A stretch of 64,000 bases of DNA from Octopus vulgaris (GCA_951406725.2 OX597822.1:75702001-75766000), one strand, 5' to 3'; positions 40,826 to 53,849 are shown, numbered from the stretch's first letter. Numbers and translations: made by a program. Notes: generated by a model from the sequence alone, not told the origin.

Positions 40826-41823
40826 CCGAAGTAAAAGTGAGGACAAGGTCGCTGTGGTCTACTGACTCCCTTTTGTTGTGAGTTTGTGGATAAGTGCTTA
40901 GTTTCAGTTATTTCTTCATAGGGAACCCTTTAGTTGATTGGATCGAACCTCAATCAAGGTTACGAATAAAATTGATTTTTAGTATTGATTAGAAAAAGCA
41001 TAAGAAATAAAAACCAGTTCCCCACTGTATTTCAATTCAGAGCTTAAAGACATGAACCCAGATATAATGTTGCCATTTTTGCTAGGTGAGTGGGCTGGAG
41101 CAACGTGAGATAAGGTGTCTAGCTTTAAGACCACAATACACCACCCCCAGTCGAACTTACCACCTTATGATCGTTAGCCGAATACAGCAACCAGTAGCAT
41201 TGTCAGAGTTCTGACTAAGGATAAACACTCTGCTTTTTTATTCTGTAAACGAGGAACAAAATAGATGTAGCAAATGTAAGGTGATGACGGGGCAGGTTTG
41301 ACTTATGCGTTTTTACTCGCACTCTCTTTATACATACGTACTAAGGATTTCACTGTTTGCCGACTGGGGAAAAAGTAATCATCAATATACTAACCCTTTT
41401 AGTCTCAACTGGAAGACATAAGGGGGTACCCCCATCTCGACTAGGAGTATTGTTGAATAGTAGAATAACGCTTTTTGACTTTTTGCTTGCAACCCTAAAT
41501 GACAAAGTCGTTTTTCTACCTCGTGTTTATAGAGAGGTTACTTCCTCTGGCCAACAAGTCTGGCGCGTTGCTTATACTGCTTTATTGGTGCGAGATCAAT
41601 GGTCACTCTCTGACCTGTTGTAACAGAAAAGAAAAGACGAAGCAGGTGTATTGGTTTGACGTTCGGGAGGAATGGAAAATTCATTCATGTTTCGAGCATA
41701 GGCTCTTCGATAGAAAGGGTTGAAGGGAAAGAAATGGAGAGAGAACGAAAAAAAAAATGGAAAGAGAAAAATAGTGCAGGGTTTAACAGTTCAGCAAGGT
41801 GAAATGGTAAGTATATACATATA

Positions 41824-41863
<40 letters not shown>

Positions 41864-42334
41864 CACGTACATACATGCACACACGCATACATACACACAC
41901 ATAAATATAGATGAGGAGGAGGAGTGGGGAGAGGAGCAGGCAACCTACAAGTGCTCAATAAAGAAGACAGAAAAACCATTCTAGCCATCTGGAAATGATA
42001 AAAGAACAGCACTATTGAAGCACAACTATTTGGACTGGAAAAACAGTATAGCAAACCAACAAAAACAAACGCAAGACAAATAAAATGATATAGTGGCAGA
42101 ACTGAATATCCATATATATATACACTAAACTGATTAAATCTACGTTTATTGTTTATGATTATGTAAACATCAATTTATGGATAAATTAATTTAATCTACT
42201 TGATGACTCCGCATTTCTATCGTTAGACCAGCGAGTATTTTACAAAGGCGTATTGCTGATGGTGTATGTCAAATTTATATAAACGTATCTGCATATACGC
42301 ATGTGTGATTGTATATATAGGAATATACATACGT

Positions 42335-42558
42335 GAACTTGTGACCTTGGTCATATGTCCGACTACTCTATCAGATGTTGTTACACATCGTTGGTCACAA
42401 TGCGCTTTGCATCGTTTTAGTTTTCGAATGATGGCAACCCGCTGGCTAAACGAGCAGAGCAACATGATTGAAAGGGCGACTGGAGCAACGTGGGGAATCA
42501 AACCCACAATCTAGCGATCGTGAGTGCAACAGCCTGACCACTAGGCTACGCACCTTCA
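42335..42558 (-). mobile_element. tRNA-derived SINE (related copy at ~55850-56118)
   Basis: Minus-strand head gaaggtgcgtagcctagtggtcaggctgttgcactcacgatcg; acatcgytggtyacaatgc module shared with 55860. Confidence 0.65.
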
Positions 42559-42664
42559 CGTATATATTTATATACACACGTACATGTGTTTCCTCGGTAA
42601 TTCATCGACACATGCGTATAAACATACATACTTATAAATATACATGAATACACCAGACTGATCT

Positions 42665-43123
42665 CGATTATTGGGACCGCATTAAAGCCTTGAAACTCTA
42701 CTCTCTCCAGCGCCGCCGCGAGCGGTACATCATTTGTACGATGTGGAGAATATACCGCCAGCATTTCCCAAACGACCTGAACATTACTTTCAAGGTTCAT
42801 CCAAGGCTGGGACGACGGGCCATACGTCTCCTGCCCAATTCAGGATCACAGCATATAGGTACACTGCGACATAATTTCTTTTCCTCAACAGGCCCTGATC
42901 TATTTAACATTGTCCCGAAAGAGATCAAAGAGGAAAAGGATCCCATCACCTTTAAACGGAGTCTGGACAGATTTCTTGAAGGAATACCAGATACAACTCA
43001 CTCAACAAGAACTCACTACTTGAATGGACCATAAATAAAACTTGACTTAAACAGGATTTAGATAATCCTATCAGGTGGTGGACCAATCTTTGGTGGAAAC
43101 ATATCTAAGTTTATCTAAGTTTA
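42665..43123 (+). mobile_element. CR1-like LINE 3' end fragment
   Basis: LKLYSLQRRRERYIICTMWRIY..FKRSLDRFLEGIPD; tandem tail (tatctaagtt)n; same family as 27161-29060. Confidence 0.9.
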
Positions 43124-43139
43124 TTAGGTACTGAAATGG

Positions 43140-43382
43140 GTTCTCCGTCAGTTACGACGACGAGTGTTTTTGTTGATTCGTATAACGGAACAGCCTGCTC
43201 CTGAAATTAACGAGCAAGTGGCTGAGCACTCCAGAGACACCTTAACGTAGTTTTCAGGGATATTCAGCGTGACTGAACTACAGGTACAACTCATTTTTGC
43301 CAGCTGAGTAACGCGGAATACTTTAAGGGCAAACCGCGCCGAAACTGAGCTGGATACACTAACCACTAAACTATGTGCCTCT
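43140..43382 (-). mobile_element. SINE with family C 3' module
   Basis: ccgtcagttacgacgacgag..cagcctgctcctgaaattaacgagcaagtggctgagcactcc. Confidence 0.75.
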
Positions 43383-44273
43383 ACTTCCTATGTATATATT
43401 ACATTTACAGAGGCATACGTACATACTAGATGAAGTAGTTGTCAAACTTCGTTTCGTAGTGTAAGGCATCAGTCGAGTATATATAAATATATTTTAGACA
43501 TTGTATTAACTTTTATTTTTAAAAAAATGTTCTTCTCTTTGTTATAAACAATGTACACACATACATTTATGTATATGTCTGTGTGAGCATTCATACGTAT
43601 GTGTGTGCGCGTAGGATTGTATGCGTGTGTATATGTGTGATTTTGAGTATAGATAGATTAGAGAGAAAGAGAGTTAACGTAGTTATGCATATACCAGAAG
43701 CGAGTAACAGCATGTCCGTGTATATGAATGTATGTGTGCATTTAAATGGATTTGTGTGTGAGAAAGAGGTACTAAGAAATGGATAGAGAAAGACACACAA
43801 AATATATAAACGAGAAGTCAGATAACGTGTGTTTTCGTGTAGCAGTGACTATCTGCGCGTTATACCGCTATGTGTGCGCGCATTATACAGGATAATTCTA
43901 TCGTATTACGAAATCGAGAGAGCGAGAGGATGATGTAGGTGTGAGATACGACAACAGGTATCGTGTTGCAATCTTTGCTGTTATTCCTGTACTTCCTGTG
44001 AAGGATTTCATTTTGTCGTTCAATTCGATTAGATTTCGTGATAAAGACGCAATCAATTGCTGTGCGCTGGCACGAACGCTCTCGCACACCAACATACACA
44101 CACACACTTGCACACATTTGTATTCATATATGCAGACGCATGAGGACACGCACTTTTACGTACACGCGTAATTGTCGCCATGTATGGAATATCAGCTTAA
44201 ATAAACATATAATCTACACCTCACCAAGTATTGAATTCTTTCTTTACACCTCTGGATTATTTACACTGCTGTG

Positions 44274-44329
<56 letters not shown>

Positions 44330-44342
44330 TACACACGTACAT

Positions 44343-44373
<31 letters not shown>

Positions 44374-44403
44374 CATACATATATATATATACACACACAT
44401 ATA

Positions 44404-44444
<41 letters not shown>

Positions 44445-44475
44445 ATATAAACACACATGCCTATTTACATACGTG

Positions 44476-44792
44476 AAGGAACGTGGCTTAATGGTTAGGG
44501 CATTCGGCTCACGATCGTGAGTTCAGTTCTCGGTGACGCAGTGTGTCCTTGAGCAAGACACTTCATTTCACGTTGCTTCAGTCCACTCAGCTGGCAATAA
44601 TGAATAGTATTTGTAATTTCAAAAGGGCCTGCTTTGTCACATTCTGTGTCACACTGAATCTCCCTGATAGTCACGTTAAATGTACACGTGTCTGTGCAGT
44701 ACCCAGCCACTTGTACATTAATTTCACGAGCAAGCTGTTCCATTTTATTGGATCAGCTGGAATCCCCATCGTCGTAACCGAAAAAGTGCTCC
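44476..44792 (+). mobile_element. tRNA-derived SINE with family C 3' module
   Basis: gaaggaacgtggcttaatggttagggcattcggctcacgatcg..tgtgtccttgagcaagacacttc..gccacttgtacattaatttcacgagc. Confidence 0.8.
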
Positions 44793-44999
44793 TTAATTTA
44801 TATACATGCATACATACATACATACATACGTACATATATCTATCTATCTATGTGTCTGTCTGTTTATCTATCTAACTATATGCATGTATATGAATTATCC
44901 TTTTTTTGTGTTGTTAAACCTAACATGAAATTTGGAAGTTGATTTTTCAAGGACCTTATTAATGGAATAAATCTGGGTTGGCATGCAGTCCTGATTGTA

Positions 45000-46117
45000 T
45001 GTCAACGACACCTGACTGAAGGAAGTTAATGAAGAATTAATAATCGTATCATTTACATAAGTATTGTCGCTGTTGCAGGCGACGATAAGTAAAACACTAA
45101 TGATAAGAGAAAAAGGCTGTTGGGTCAGAACCGAACCCCGGTTCGTACCTTGGTTTTAACAGAGCTTCGACGTGATGAGGTGCATCAGCACAGGACTCGA
45201 TAGAGTGAGCTCATTGGAAACTACCAATCAGCGACATGCAAGACAGAGCACATAAGCTGGCTATTTTGACCGCAAATTCGCATAGCAGACACATTCGAAA
45301 GCTTATCTGATGTCCGGAGTAGCAACGGTACATTCACTAAATTTCTTGAGGGCATTACTCATAAGTGGGTTGGTCTGCAACAGGTCTAGCATTATGAAAG
45401 TCTTACTTGTGGTCGTTAGGGACAGGAAGAGCTTCGAGTTGTTAGAAAACACCTTTGTTAAGGGCCTTCTCTTGTACCGTTAACAAAATATGAATCCGAT
45501 AAAAGGATAGTTGGAAGAGACAGGGGTATTGATGTTACTGGGAACGTAGAGAGTTTCTAAGGATCACGATATATATGTGCCGAGAAAGAGAGAGAGAGAG
45601 AGAGGAGAGAATGAAGAGAGAAAGAGAGAGAGAGACAAAAGAGAGATGTTGATTAATTTGGTGAGTATAGAGAATAGCTTTCAAATGCATTTTGGAGAAT
45701 AAAGGTCATTGTTAAGGCCTTAAATCGCCCAAATGCCTCACACAAAGTTACACAACCACATTTCCGATATATACAGAGAACTTATAATGCCAACAAAAAA
45801 CCAACCACTCCGGCGAGCTCGGCCGCATTTATCAAGAACTGCAAGTTGTAAAAAATCATCATTTAAGCCTCTGAAGATGATGCCGTGCTTCACAGGTACC
45901 TTAAACTCTCCATCCTTTGTTGGTTCACACTTAGTTTTTGCGTTTATTTGCGAGTCAGTGTGGTGGAGGAAAAGAGATCTGATTTGTATGTCGTGTGTGG
46001 AGCTCGAAGAAAAGGTGGTAGCGAATTTTGAAGCCCTTTCAATAGGAGAATAAGCACACAAAACGATTATGGTTGAGAAGCGGTGGAACGGAGGATTCTA
46101 CATATTTGATTGGGATC
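45000..46117 (-). pseudogene. Old LINE RT remnant (Jockey/L2-like); probably continues at ~47945-48480 beyond the mariner insertion
   Basis: Minus strand: PDIR*AFECV (DxxKAFDxV) and RGSVLT (QGSVL); interrupted by (GA)n and by the nested mariners. Confidence 0.6.
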
Positions 46118-46155
46118 TATTGGGTTGCCTGGAAAGTTCGTGCCGATTTATAGTA

Positions 46156-47435
46156 CGAGGGGCGTTCAATAAGTAATGCCTCTGACCCACTTGCAGTTGT
46201 TTGATCTAGCTGTGCAATCATTTATATCTCTATAGATTAAGTGGAAAATTACAGCTCTGAACTAATTGTGGTTTCTGATTTACAGGTGTTTGAACTGAGT
46301 CAAGTGTGAAATGGAGCCTGTTGAGTGTCGAGCAGTGATCCGGTTTTTGTATTTGAAAGGACGCACACCACGGGAGACTTTTGATGAAATGAAAGTAACT
46401 TATGGTGATGATGCCCCATCATATGGCCTTGTAAAACGTTGGCATCGTGAATTCAAACATGGTCGGAACTCTGTGGAAACAGCTCCCAGATCTGGTCGTC
46501 CCCCTCTGCCATTGATGAGGCATCTGTCCGTCAAGTTGAAGCTGCCATTTTCGAAGATCGACGCATAACTATTCGCCAAATAGCCCATGAGGTCAAGATT
46601 AGTACCGGGTTTGTGGAAACTATCATTCATGACCATTTGCATATGCAAAAGGTGTCTGCCAGATGGATTCCCAGGTTGCTCACACCTTTCCAGAAGCAAG
46701 AACGCGTCGAGTGCTCGAGGATGAATTTGGAGATGTGCCAAGACGATGAGTCAAAATTTTTCAAAAGACTGATTACACAGGATGAAACCTGGGTCCATCA
46801 GTATGATCCAGAGACCAAAGCCCAGTCAATGCAGTGGAAGCACCGTGACTCACCTCCTCCAAAGAAGGCAAGGGTGCAACCCTCCGCTGGCAAGGTCATG
46901 CTCACAGTCTTCTGGGACCAGGACGGAGTAGTGATGACAGATTTCCTGGCAAAGGGTACCACAATTACAGGAGCCTATTATGCTTCACTTTTGAGGAAAT
47001 TAAGAGAAGCTATCAAAATCAAGAGGCGGGGCAAGATCAGCAAAGGTATCCTCCTCCTGCAGGACAACGCTCCGGTCCACAACTCGCGTGTCGTCAGATC
47101 AGAAGCACAGGCGTGCGGCTATGAACTCCTCCTCCATCCCCCCTACTCTCCTGACCTTGCACCCTCTGATTTTCGCCTCTTCCCAGCCATGAAGTTGTTT
47201 TTGAAAAGAAAGCGTTTCCCAGATGATGCAGCCTTGATTTCTGAAGTCACGTCGTGGTTGGAGGACCAAGCTGGGGTCTTCTACAAAAACGGTCTCCAGA
47301 GCTGCATCAAACAATGGGAGAAATGTGTAACTCTGGGTTGTTCCTATGTAGAAAAAGACTAATAACTGTGCCAAGTTTCGTTGCTCTACTGCTATGGGAA
47401 GTGGGTCAGGGGCATTACTTATTGAACGCCCCTCT
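46156..47435 (+). mobile_element. Inner full-length mariner (irritans-like), ~1.28 kb
   Basis: TA-cgaggggcgttcaataagtaatgcctctgacccactt ... aagtgggtcaggggcattacttattgaacgcccctc TIRs; the right-hand terminal G and TA are altered. Confidence 0.95.
46311..47362 (+). pseudogene. Mariner DD34D transposase, ~350 aa with a single frameshift near 46500
   Basis: HTH RAVIRFLY..PRSGRP, WIPRLL, TQDETW, QDNAPVH, HPPYSPDLAPSDF, with 34 residues between D2 and D3. Adding one base in the C-run at ~46500-46504 joins ORFs 46311 and 46613. Confidence 0.93.
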
Positions 47436-49140
47436 TTGCTTACTTTTCGACTTATTTTAGGACATGCTTGAGTCCATAAAATAGGATTTGACTACACTTC
47501 CATTTAGAGCAAAGTTTAAGATATCTTTTCGTGGAAGAAGGTTTATGTTCCTATAACCTGTATTAATTCTGTAACCCTTCAAAATGGAAGATAAGAAAGT
47601 TTATTTGCGGCGCTTGATGCTTTGGGAACCAGGCAAAAATTGCTGCAGCTCGGCTGGGGTGTGTTACCCCACCCTCTATATTCACCAGATTTCCACTTAT
47701 TCAGGTCTCTGCAGAATAGTCTTAATGGTAAAAATTTCAATTCCTTGGATGACGTAAAAAGACACCTTGATGAATTCTTTGCCATGAAACCACCTCAATT
47801 CTGGAAAGAGGGTTAAAGGAAATATGGAGACGCATTGTGCAATAAAATTGTTCATATTTGGTTGATTAAAAATGTAATGGCAAGTATTTATTGGCCTTTT
47901 TCTTTCCTTTAAAAATCGGCACGAACTTTCTGGACAACCCAATATTTAACTAGAGACTAGTCGGATCGGCTGCTATTTTGGAGGCGAATCAGTTTTAGGC
48001 CGTGAAGCACAGAGGCATCGTTATTGGCTTGTGTGTAATTTACTGGAGTGTTTGATTTTCTCTAGGCATTGTAATCCTTCTCTTATACCAGAACTGTTGC
48101 ACCAAAGCTTTGAGTTGGGGGATGTAGATCACTTGGCGGTATATAGACCATTAAGATTATTGCGTGAGAAATATGGAGGGCTATACCTGAATAACTGTTT
48201 TCAGTCAACAGTTAAATTATTTCTGATTGGTCAAGGCTGATACCATTTGCTGCCAAGAAAAGACATAAGAAACAAGCCAAACTCCAGCCGAAGTCCATCT
48301 TGACGCTTGATAGGGGTCAGGCAGTGCGGAACATTGCGTTTTAGTCGTACAATGTGGTTGTGTGGAGGATAGTTGCGACAAAGCAGTGGTCGAATGATTG
48401 GCAGGCGTAGACACATGTTCATGTAGATGTAGAGTTTTGAAGTAAAAGATTAATGGTGTTTAGCGTGTCTGTATGTAAGAATTGAACACAGAACCTGGTA
48501 AAACTCATCTGATTCATGTCAAATATTCTCTCATTTCCATTCGATTACCAGTCGTAATTTTATTTGTATTATCTTTTTTTTTCTCCGCATTATTACTAAT
48601 TCTTTTCTATTTCGGTATACAGACTTTTGTCTCTTGATCAATCATGCACAGCATTTTTGCTGTTCGGTGAAAAGACAGCCTCAAATGTACCACACAGAAT
48701 AAGCACTGAATTGCTGTTATAATGACATTTATTTCCGGTTAGCTTTCTCTGTAATGTTCCTGTAATTGTTATTATAAAGACTATTAAATGACAAGTATCA
48801 TACGAATATCAAAAACTAGAATAAATTAGGAAGAACGAGAGTATTTCCTTTAAACTTTGTTCATTCGTATCGAAATTCACTGAGGATTTACAGTGAATGT
48901 ACTGAGAATATATGGTTTCATTAGCACAGCAGCGCTCAGTCTAGGCATCACTAGCTAACTAGCGAAACACTCGGTAATTTTAGTGTTGTCCTTACTTCAT
49001 CGTCTGCTCTCTATCATTTGCTGTCAACCAAATCGGCAGATGGTAAAGAGTTAATTTATAATGATGTTAGTAGATGAATGGACAAACCAGTGGTTAGTAC
49101 TAAAATACCGAATCGTTTAGGCCATCTGAGAATCTTATCT

Positions 49141-49337
49141 CTTTTACTCTTTTACTTGTTTCAGTCATTTGAGTGCGGCCATTTTGGAGCACCGCCTTTA
49201 GTCGGGCAAATCGACCCCAGGACTTATTCGTTGTAAGCTTAGTACTTGTTCTATCGGTCTCTTTTGCCGAACCGCTAAGTTACGGGGACGTAAACATAGC
49301 AGCATCGGTTGTCAAGCGATGTTGGGGGGACAAACAG

Positions 49338-49372
<35 letters not shown>

Positions 49373-49566
49373 CATAGATATATATATACATATACATATA
49401 TACGACGAGCTTCTTTCAGTTTCCGTCTACCAAATCCACTCACAAGGCTTTGGTCGGCCCGAGGCTATAGTAGAAGACACTTGCCTAAGGTGCCATGCAG
49501 TGGGACTGAACCCGGAACTATGTGGTTGGTAAGTAAGCTACTTACCACACACTCACTCCTGCGCCT
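49141..49566 (-). mobile_element. SINE family A, full length
   Basis: Reverse complement of the 21852-22266 sequence. Confidence 0.9.
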
Positions 49567-49844
49567 ATCTACTAAAAAAATGATTCAACCAGGGTGGTCG
49601 ACATGCTTGAAACAGCAAACAAATCATTTCTAAATTTAAAAATTAGAAACTTAAAAAGAAAAGGAATTTCTCCAGAGCAGCGCAAAAAGCATCAATCATT
49701 GTATTTATTAACATGGAATTAAAAATAAAAATGGTAGTGACTTTTCTGGACAACAATATATGTGGTCACAGTTCTGGTATTCGTGGTGTGACGTGCGTGA
49801 CAAAAACGCAAATGACATTTTCAAGTCAAATATTCACAATACAA

Positions 49845-49964
49845 GCACAGGTGTGGGTGTGTGGTAAGAGGCTTGCTTCCCAACCTAGAGCAAGTGCCTT
49901 GCATTATAACCACGGACCGACCTTAGCCTTCTGAGAGATTTGGTAGACGGAAACTGAAAGAAGC

Positions 49965-50004
<40 letters not shown>

Positions 50005-50184
50005 GTGTGTGGGCAAATACCAACACACACACGACAGTTTTTAGTTTCCGTTTATCAAATCCACTGACAAGGCTTTGGTCGGCCCGAGGCTATAATAGAA
50101 GACACCTGCCCAAGGTGTCACGCAGAGGGACTGAATCCAGAACCATATGGTTGGGTAGCAAGCTTCTTACCACACAGCCACGCC
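49845..50184. mobile_element. Two family A SINE 5' halves in inverted orientation around (TA)n
   Basis: Plus-strand head 49845-49970; minus-strand head 50030-50184. Confidence 0.75.
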
Positions 50185-50607
50185 TGCTCTTTTTATATAT
50201 TTATTTATTTATTTATGAACAAAGAAATATTCGACAGTTACGTCGAAGTTTCGGCTTGGCTTACTTGGTAAGGCTTGAGGTTTCAGATCCTATACATAGA
50301 TTGTTAGTGAAGGGACCGTCATGGCAACTGTGTTGGAAGTGAGCTTGTAGAAAGCGGAAGTAGATTTTAAGAAAAAGAATGAAGAAAGTAGAAGTGTTTT
50401 AGGAGTTTTTCTAGTTTGGCCAAAGAAGTTTTTTTGTTTTTCGGAAGCAGCTACACGTGGGTCTGCCGATTTGTTTATATGGTATTCTTTGGGTCCCGGT
50501 TTTGTCAAGCATGTATATAAAGCTAAGTTTAAGAAGTATAGATTTGTATAGGGTTTGATAAAACGGTAAAGGTTAAAGTTATCTTTTTGAGTCATGCTGA
50601 CTCATAA

Positions 50608-50724
50608 GGACTTATTCTTTGTAAGCCTAGTACTTATTCTATCGGTCACTTTTGCTGAACCGTTTAGTAAACACCAGCAATGTTGGGGACAAATACAGAC
50701 ACACAAACATACACACACACACAC

Positions 50725-50764
<40 letters not shown>

Positions 50765-50896
50765 TGCTGGTGTGTTTACTAAGCGGTTCAGCAAAAGTGA
50801 CCGATAGAATAAGTACTAAGTCCTAGAGTCGATTTGCTCGACTAAAAGCGGTGCTTCAGCATGACCGCTGTTAAATGAATGAAACAAGTAAAAGAA
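50608..50896. repeat. Fold-back duplication of a family A SINE 3' half around (TA)n
   Basis: agtacttattctatcggtcacttttgctgaaccg..caccagcaatg and cattgctggtg..cggttcagcaaaagtgaccgatagaataagtact. Confidence 0.85.
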
Positions 50897-51199
50897 TATA
50901 TTTTTTATCTTTTCGCAATATCACACCAAAGAACTCTAAAAATCTAAATAGTTTAGAAGAATTTGTTTGTCAATAAACATCTGGGTCCTTTACTACCAGA
51001 GATCTTAGAAGAACCACAGAAAGATATGGGAATGAGCGTAGTGGCATCAAGCCCTCTCATTCATCAAAATCTAATTACAGGAGGACTTTAGCAAGAGTAG
51101 CAATTTAATAGGCAGTGCTCCAGCATGACCACAGCATGGGTCTAAAAGAAACATTTTAGAAATATCTATTTGTTCTGCTTTTTTAAAAAAGATATTTTT

Positions 51200-51735
51200 T
51201 CCTGAATCTACAAACTAAGTGACCCATAACTTGGAACCATATTATCCATGTACTTGAAGTAACCAGTGGTTTTTATTACATCTTCTATACTAGAATTGAA
51301 TAGATGTCCATAATTTAAATCCATTTCTGTCTTTGAACAGTTAGTAAGCAGAACAACCTTGCTTCCCTCTCTTATTAAGCTATCTAGCATTTGTTGCATT
51401 CCTTCTCTTGTTCCTGTAATCACCAGCAGATTGTCGGCATAATCCAGATCAGCTAGTATTTTATTATCGATATTCTACGAACTCTTCAATGCAAATGAGA
51501 ATGCCATTAAGCCTATCTTCTGTTGATTTCCAGAAGCCTTTTGATTGTATATCATGACCACGTATTGCCGAGCATAATTGAAATATATGGCATACATCAA
51601 ATATCTACTGACATAATTCCAAACATGCATGAAAGAGACCTTGTGTTAGGTCACATCAGATGAAATTCTTACTGAACATTTTAAAGATCAAGAGTGGTGT
51701 GATTCAGGGAAGCATACTGTCTCCCCTAATTTTAG
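51200..51735. pseudogene. RTE-like LINE RT fragment with internal inversion
   Basis: Minus strand 51200-51465: LADLDYADNLLVITGTREGMQQMLDSL. Plus strand 51500-51735: VDFQKPFDCIS and KSGVIQGSILSPLIF. Confidence 0.8.
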
Positions 51736-52457
51736 CGTTTTTTATTACTTACGTGTGTGGCTTGGCTTTGCACGTGTGTGAACATGTGCTTATGCATGCC
51801 AGATAAAATCTTTTGTGTCAGTTTAGCTTCTTTCACGCAAAATATATAAAAAAAAATGTGTAAAATTAAGATATTCTATATAAGAGAAACCTATGAAAAG
51901 AATGCTGTAGTCGATATGACAGACTAAATTCTTTGAAGGCAATGCTTCAGCAACTTCGCAGACTAATGCTTGAATCCCGCGAAAGAATAAAATAAAGAAA
52001 GTATACGCACATATATTGCATAACATGACATCGAATTACATAATTATATACGAAAATATTCTTCAAAAATTTTTGAAGTTCTAACTCTTGAGAAAGCAAT
52101 GGAACGTAACAAGTGAAGCTGGTTTAGTGGCTTCCTAAGAGGTGAAGGAGGAAGTGTGACTATATTCTTCTTTAGGGCCGTAATGGTTGGTGAATGAGAC
52201 GAATGGAAATTTCTATTTCTAAGAAAAAGGTTCGAATATATGCAATAAAATAGACACTTCTTCTGAAGGGATGCAACGACCAATTATCATCTAAAATTTT
52301 CTACCATGTTGGATTTGATTTCCTTTGTGGAAGGTTGAACAGCGCATGTCTCTATTTAATCCGTCCGTCCGTTCGTCTGTCCATAATTTACATCATATCT
52401 CTGTATGTATATCCATATCATGTGTATGTATATCCATACACGACAAGCATATATATA

Positions 52458-52557
<100 letters not shown>

Positions 52558-52720
52558 AGGATGCAATGGGTAAATTCTCACCATTCTATATTTCTAATTT
52601 CGCGCTTGTGAATTGATTGGTTTCGATCTTGTCGACTACAAAGTATAATAGGATCAATCGGGCACCGTCTGTGAGAAAAACAGCACAATGACGCAATTCA
52701 TTCTGCCACGATTTCATATA
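52558..52720 (+). mobile_element. 5' end fragment of the maT-like family
   Basis: caggatgcaatgggtaaattctc..tcgactacaaagtataataggatca aligns to the reverse complement of 26700-26826. Confidence 0.6.
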
Positions 52721-52825
52721 CATTTCAAGAAATATATATTTCACTTGTTTCGAATATAGACAGGAATTGGAAGAGGAAAATGATCAAAAAGAGAATCTCA
52801 AAGAACTGACTCCCTAAGGTGGAAG

Positions 52826-53061
52826 GACAAACATAAAAAGACAATGAGAGTAAAGGAGTGAGTGACGGTGGCTGAGCGGAGGTGATAGGGGACCAGACCA
52901 CACGTAGAAGAGGTGAAAAGAAGAAAATAATACGGAGGAGACTGGTGTATAGCGATGAGTATTGTATACGTTAACCAGTTGAGAGATTTTTATTTGGATG
53001 GGTTCTACATAAATCGCTTCTCAAACTAGCAAATGTCAGTCACCCTCTCTTTCTCTCCGTA

Positions 53062-53095
<34 letters not shown>

Positions 53096-53412
53096 TATAT
53101 ATATATTATCCGAAGTGTACAGTATTATATATAACCATCACAGCCGATCTCACCAATCCAATCGGTTTCGTGCTAGGATAACAACGGAGTGTTAGGTAGC
53201 AATCCGATTATATAACCCTACGCTCATTTGAGGTATACTATATGGAATAAAATATGATGACTGCATATCTCATTCCGTATCGGCTACCTCTGATGAGTGT
53301 AGGGATATATATTCGGATTTCGGATTGTTACCTAACACTCCGTTCCACCCCTAGCACGAAACCGATTGGTAAGATCGGTCGCGTGATGGATATATAATAC
53401 TGTACACTTCGG

Positions 53413-53465
<53 letters not shown>

Positions 53466-53721
53466 AGGGAGAGAGAGAGACAGACAGACAGAGACAGAGA
53501 GGGTGACTGGCATTTGCTAGTTTGAGAAGCGGTTTATGTAGAACTCATCAAGATAAAAATCTCTCGACTGGTTAACATGTACAATACTCATCGTTGTACA
53601 CCAGTCTTCTCCGTAGTATTTTCTTCCTGCAACTTTTCTATTTGCTGCTTGGTCTCCTATCAACTTCAGTCAGGCACCATCACTCACTTCGTTACTCTCA
53701 TCGTCTGTTTTTATGTTTGTC
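52826..53721. repeat. ~900-bp imperfect palindrome whose inner part (53104-53417) carries a hammerhead motif
   Basis: cgcttctcaaactagcaaatgtcagtcaccctct pairs with agagggtgactggcatttgctagtttgagaagcg; ttatccgaagtgtacagtattatat pairs with atataatactgtacacttcggataa; CTGATGA 53290, GAAAC 53358, GTA 53369. Confidence 0.9.
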
Positions 53722-53849
53722 ATTATCTTTCTCCTGACTTATTGAACTTTAAGACAACTTACGTATATATAATACACACACTCACAGACACACGCACATC
53801 ATATATATAATGAGAGAGAACCTTGTGTGTGTGTATATATATATATGAT

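Larger units (their letters stand above)
46120..47942 (+). mobile_element. Outer, internally deleted mariner with ~30-bp TIRs and TA TSD
   Basis: TA-ttgggttgcctggaaagttcgtgccgattt ... aaatcggcacgaactttctggacaacccaa-TA; residual HPLYSPDFHLFRSLQNSLNGKNFNSLDDVK. Confidence 0.92.
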
